From: Eledone cirrhosa
Taxonomy: Eukaryota
DNA: 64,000 bases
Assembly (NCBI GenBank): GCA_964016885.1
Contig: OZ024742.1
Coordinates: 220,906,001 to 220,970,000 of the forward strand
Direction: 5' to 3'
Part shown: positions 59,801-64,000 of the stretch, one piece after another
Numbering within the stretch: position 1 is the stretch's first letter
How the letters are laid out: each line of letters starts with the position of its first letter
The notes under the pieces: generated by a model
Database searches by the model: none
Told to the model about the DNA's origin: nothing
Seen by the model: the letters and a program-made list of their open reading frames with translations, nothing else
Translations under genes and position numbers: made by a program

Positions 59801-62800
59801 ATAGTGATGAGGCCATAACACAGCAGCTTGACCAGTGTCCTCCACACAGCCCATGGAGGATAGTGATGAGGCCATTACGCAGCAGCTTGACCAGTGTCCT
59901 CCACACAGCACATGGAGGATAGTGATGAGGCCATTACACTGCAGCTTGACCAGTGTCCTCCACACAGCCCATGGAGGATAGTGATGAGGCCATCACACAG
60001 CAGCTTGACCAGTGTCCTCCTCACAGCCCATGGAGGATAGTGATGAGGCCATTACACAGCAGCTTGACCAGTGTCCTCCTCACAGCCCATGGAGGATAGT
60101 GATGAGGCCATTACACAGCAGTTTGACCAGTGTCCTCCACACAGCCCATGGAGGATAGTGATGAGGCCATTACACAGCAGCTTGACCAGTGTCCTCCACA
60201 CAGCCCAAAGAGGATAGTGATGAGGCCATTACACAGCAGCTTGACCAGTGTCCTCCACACTGCCCATGGAGGATAGTGATGAGGCCATTACACAGCAGCT
60301 TGACCAGTGTCCTCCACACTGCCCATGGAGGATAGTGATGAGGCCATTACACAGCAGCTTCACCAGTGTCCTCCACACAGCCCATGGAGGATAGTGATGA
60401 GGCCATTACACAGCAGCTTGACCAGTGTTCTCCACACAGCCCATGGAGGATAGTGATGAGGCCATTACTAGCAGCTTGAGCAGTGTCCTCCACACTGCCC
60501 ATGGAGGATAGTGATGAGGCCATTACACAGCAGCTTGACCAGTGTCCTCCACACTGCCCATGGAGGATAGTGATGAGGCCATTACACAGCAGCTTGACCA
60601 GTGTCCTCCACACTGCTCATGGAGGATAGTGATGAGGCCATTACACAGCAGCTTGACCAGTGTCCTCCACACTGCCCATGGAGGATAGTGATGAGGCCAT
60701 TACACAGCAGCTTGACCAGTGTCCTCCTCACAGCCCAAAGAGGATAGTGATGAGGCCATTACAGAGCAGCTTGACCAGTGTCCTCCACACTGCCCATGGA
60801 GGATAGTGATCAAGCCATTACACAGCAGCTTGACCAGTGTCCTCCACACAGCCCATGGAGGATAGTGATGAGGCCATTACACAGCAGCTTGACCAGTGTC
60901 CTCTACACTGCCCATGGAGGATAGTGATGAGGCCATTACACAGCAGCTTGTCCAGTGTCCTCCACACTGCCCATGGAGGATAGTGATGAGGCCATTACAC
61001 AGCAGCTTGACCAGTGTCCTCTACACTGCCCATGGAGGATAGTGATGAGGCCATTACACAGCAGCTTGACCAGTGTCCTCCACACTGCCCATGGAGGATA
61101 GTAATGAGGCCATTACACAGCAGCTTGTCCAGTGTCCTCCACACTGCCCATGGAGGATAGTGATGAGGCCATTACACAGCAGCTTGACCAGTGTCCTCCA
61201 CACTGCCCATGGAGGATAGTGATGAGGCCATTACACAGCAGCTTGTCCAGTGTCCTCCACACTGCCCATGGAGGATAGTGATGAGGCCATTACACAGCAG
61301 CTTGACCAGTGTCCTCTACACTGCCCATGGAGGATAGTGATGAGGCCATTACACAGCAGCTTGACCAGTGTCCTCCACACTGCCCATGGAGGATAGTGAT
61401 GAGGCCATTACACAGCAGCTTGACCAGTGTCCTCTACACTGCCCATGGAGGATAGTGATGAGGCCATTACACAGCAGCTTGTCCAGTGTCCTCCACACTG
61501 CCCATGGAGGATAGTGATGAGGCCTTTACACAGCAGCTTGACCAGTTTCCTCCGCACTGCCCATGGAGGATAGTGATGAGGCCATTACACAGCAGCTTGA
61601 CCAGTGTCCTCCAAAAAAACCCATGGAGGATAGTGATGAGGCCATTACACAGCAGCTTGACCAGTGTCCTCCACACTGCCCATGGAGTATAGTGATGAGG
61701 CCATTACACAGCATCTTGACCAGTGTCCTCCACACTGCCCATGGAGGATAGTGATGAGGCCATTACACAGCATCTTGACCAGTGTCCTCCACAGAGCCCA
61801 TGGAGGATAGTGATGAGGCCATTACACAGCAGCTTGACCAGTGTCCTCCACACTGCCCATGGAGGATAGTGATGAGGCCATTACACAGCAGCTTGACCAG
61901 TGTCCTCCACCCAGCCCATGGAGGAGAGTGATGAGGCCATTACACAGCAGCTTGGCCAGTGTCCTCCTCACAGCCCAAAGAGGATAGTGATGTGGCCATT
62001 ACACAGCAGCTTGACCAGTGTCCTCCACACAGCGCATGGAGGATAGTGATGAGACCATTACACAGCAGCTTGACCAGTGTCCTCCACCCAGCCCATGGAG
62101 GATAGTGATGAGTCCATTAGACAGCAGCTTGACCAGTGTCCTCCACCCAGCCCATGGAGGATAGTGATGAGTCCATTAGACAGCAGCTTGACCAGTGTCC
62201 TCCACCCAGCCCATGGAGGATAGTGATGAGGCCATTACACAGCAGCTTGACCAGTGTCCTCCACCCAGCCCATGGAGGATAGTGATGAGGCCATTACACA
62301 GCAGCTTGACCAGTGTCCCCCACCCAGCCCATGGAGGATAGTGATGAGGCCATTACACAGCTGCTTGACCAGTGTCCTCCACACTGCCCATGGAGGATAG
62401 TGATGAGGCCATTACACAGCAGCTTGACCAGTGTCCTCCACACAGTCCATGGATGATAGTGATGAGGCCATTACACAGCAGTTTGACCAGTGTCCTCCAC
62501 CCAGCCCATGGAGGATAGTGATGAGGCCATTACACAGCAGCTTGACCAGTGACCTCCACACAGCCCATGGAGGATAGTGATGAGGCCATTACACAGCAGC
62601 TTGACCAGTGTCCTCCACACAGCCCATGGAGGATAGTGATGAGGCCATTACACAGCAGCTTGACCAGTGTCCTCCACACAGCCCATGGAGGATAGTGATG
62701 AGGCCATTACACAGCAGCTTGACCGGTGTCCTCCTCGCAGCCCAAAGAGGATAGTGATGAGGCCATTACACAGCAGCTTGACCAGTGTCCTCCACACTGC

Positions 62801-64000
62801 CCAAGGAGGATAGTGATGAGGCCATTACACAGCAGCTTGACCAGTGTCCTCCACACAGCCCATGGAGGATAGTGATGAGGCCATTACACAGCAGCTTGAC
62901 CAGTGTCCCCCACACTGCCCATGTAGGATAGTGATGAGGCCATTACACAGCAGCTTGACCAGTGTCCTCCACACTGCCCATGGAGGATAGTGATGAGGCC
63001 ATTACACAGCAGCTTGAGCAGTATCCTCCACACAGCCCATGGATAGTGATGAGGCCATTACACAGCAGCTTGACCAGTGTCCTCTACACTGCCCATGGAG
63101 GATAGTGATGAGGCCATTACACAGCAGCTTGACCAGTGTCCTCCACAGAGCCCATGGAGGATAGTGATGAGGCCATTACACAGCAGTTTGACCAGTGTCC
63201 TCCACACTGCCCATGGAGGATAGTGATGAGGCCATTACACAGCAGCTTGACCAGTGTCCTCCACACTGCCCATGGAGGATAGTGATGAGGCCATTACACA
63301 GCAGCTTGACCAGTGTCCTCCACACTGCCCATGGAGGATAGTGATGAGGCCATTACACAGCAGCTTGACCAGTGTCCTCCACACTGCTCATGGAGGATAG
63401 TGATGAGGCCATTACACAGCAGCTTGACCAGTGTCCTCCACACTGCCCATGGAGGATAGTGATGAGGCCTTTACACAGCAGCTTGACCAGTGTCCTCCTC
63501 ACAGCCCAAAGAGGATAGTGATGAGGCCATTACAGAGAAGCTTGACCAGTGTCCTCCACACAGCCCATGGAGGATAGTGATGAGGCCATTACATAGCAGC
63601 TTGACCAGTTTCCTCCACACTGCCCATGGAGGATAGTGATGAGGCCATTACACAGCAGCTTGACCAGTGTCCTCCACACATCCCAAGGGGGATAGTGATG
63701 AGGCCATTACACAGCAGCTTGACCAGTGTCCTCCACACTGCCCATGGAGGATAGTGATGAGGCCATTACACAGCAGCTTGACCAGTGTCCTCCTCACAGC
63801 CCAAAGAGGATAGTGATGAGACCATTACACAGCAGCTTGACCAGTGTCCTCCACCCAGCCCATAGAGGATAGTGATGAGGCCATTACACAGCAGCTTGAC
63901 CAGTGTCCTCCTCACAGCCCAAAGAGGATAGTGATGAGGCCATTACAGAGAAGCTTGACCAGTGTCCTCCACACAGCCCATGGAGGATAGTGATGAGGCC
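47860..64000. repeat. 59-bp GC-balanced tandem satellite, about 270 units, running off the window
   Basis: Consensus GGAGGATAGTGATGAGGCCATTACACAGCAGCTTGACCAGTGTCCTCCACAC(T/A)GCCCAT. Confidence 0.99.

Noticed and set aside
50671-61751. Short Cys-rich ORFs in the 59-bp satellite
   Set aside because: They arise where point variants remove the recurring stop codon; they are periodic translations of the repeat.
47860-64000. CRISPR-like array (palindromic repeat plus variable part)
   Set aside because: The 11-nt linkers are point variants of one sequence, not unique spacers. There are no cas genes and the context is eukaryotic.
47860-64000. Hammerhead or SECIS in the 59-mer (TGATGAGGCC; ATGA..TGA)
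   Set aside because: There is no C before TGATGA and no GAAA half-core. The helix between ATGA and TGA is only about 3 bp, too short for a SECIS.

Overview
A eukaryotic, transposon-saturated 64-kb window with no complete host gene. The tRNA-type SINEs, RTE/Tx1/Dong LINEs and AT-rich microsatellites suggest a mollusc, probably an octopus (inference). From 1 to 14.8 kb, several elements are stacked in (TTA)n: two Tx1-like LINEs, a Dong/R4 RLE-LINE, a SINE, a Chapaev3-like DNA transposon carrying a solo LTR, and a scrambled Tx1 fragment. The 15-38 kb region holds RTE and CR1 LINE remnants, SINEs and a 41-bp satellite. Two copies of a second Tx1 subfamily lie here, both inserted at an AGATA/TATCT site. 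The 39-42.3 kb region is a (TA)n nest. Further right are a near full-length Tx1 (43-47.8 kb) and a 59-bp satellite running from 47.9 kb to the window end. The most interesting signal is non-coding: two unrelated tandem/inverted repeat families (about 420 bp and about 600 bp units) each encode a type I hammerhead ribozyme, with pairing-preserving stem changes between copies. They look like retrozymes or Penelope pseudo-LTRs. The second main signal is the pair of tail-less Tx1 subfamilies with apparently different target preferences (TTATT vs TATCT). Long ORFs over the satellites are artefacts.
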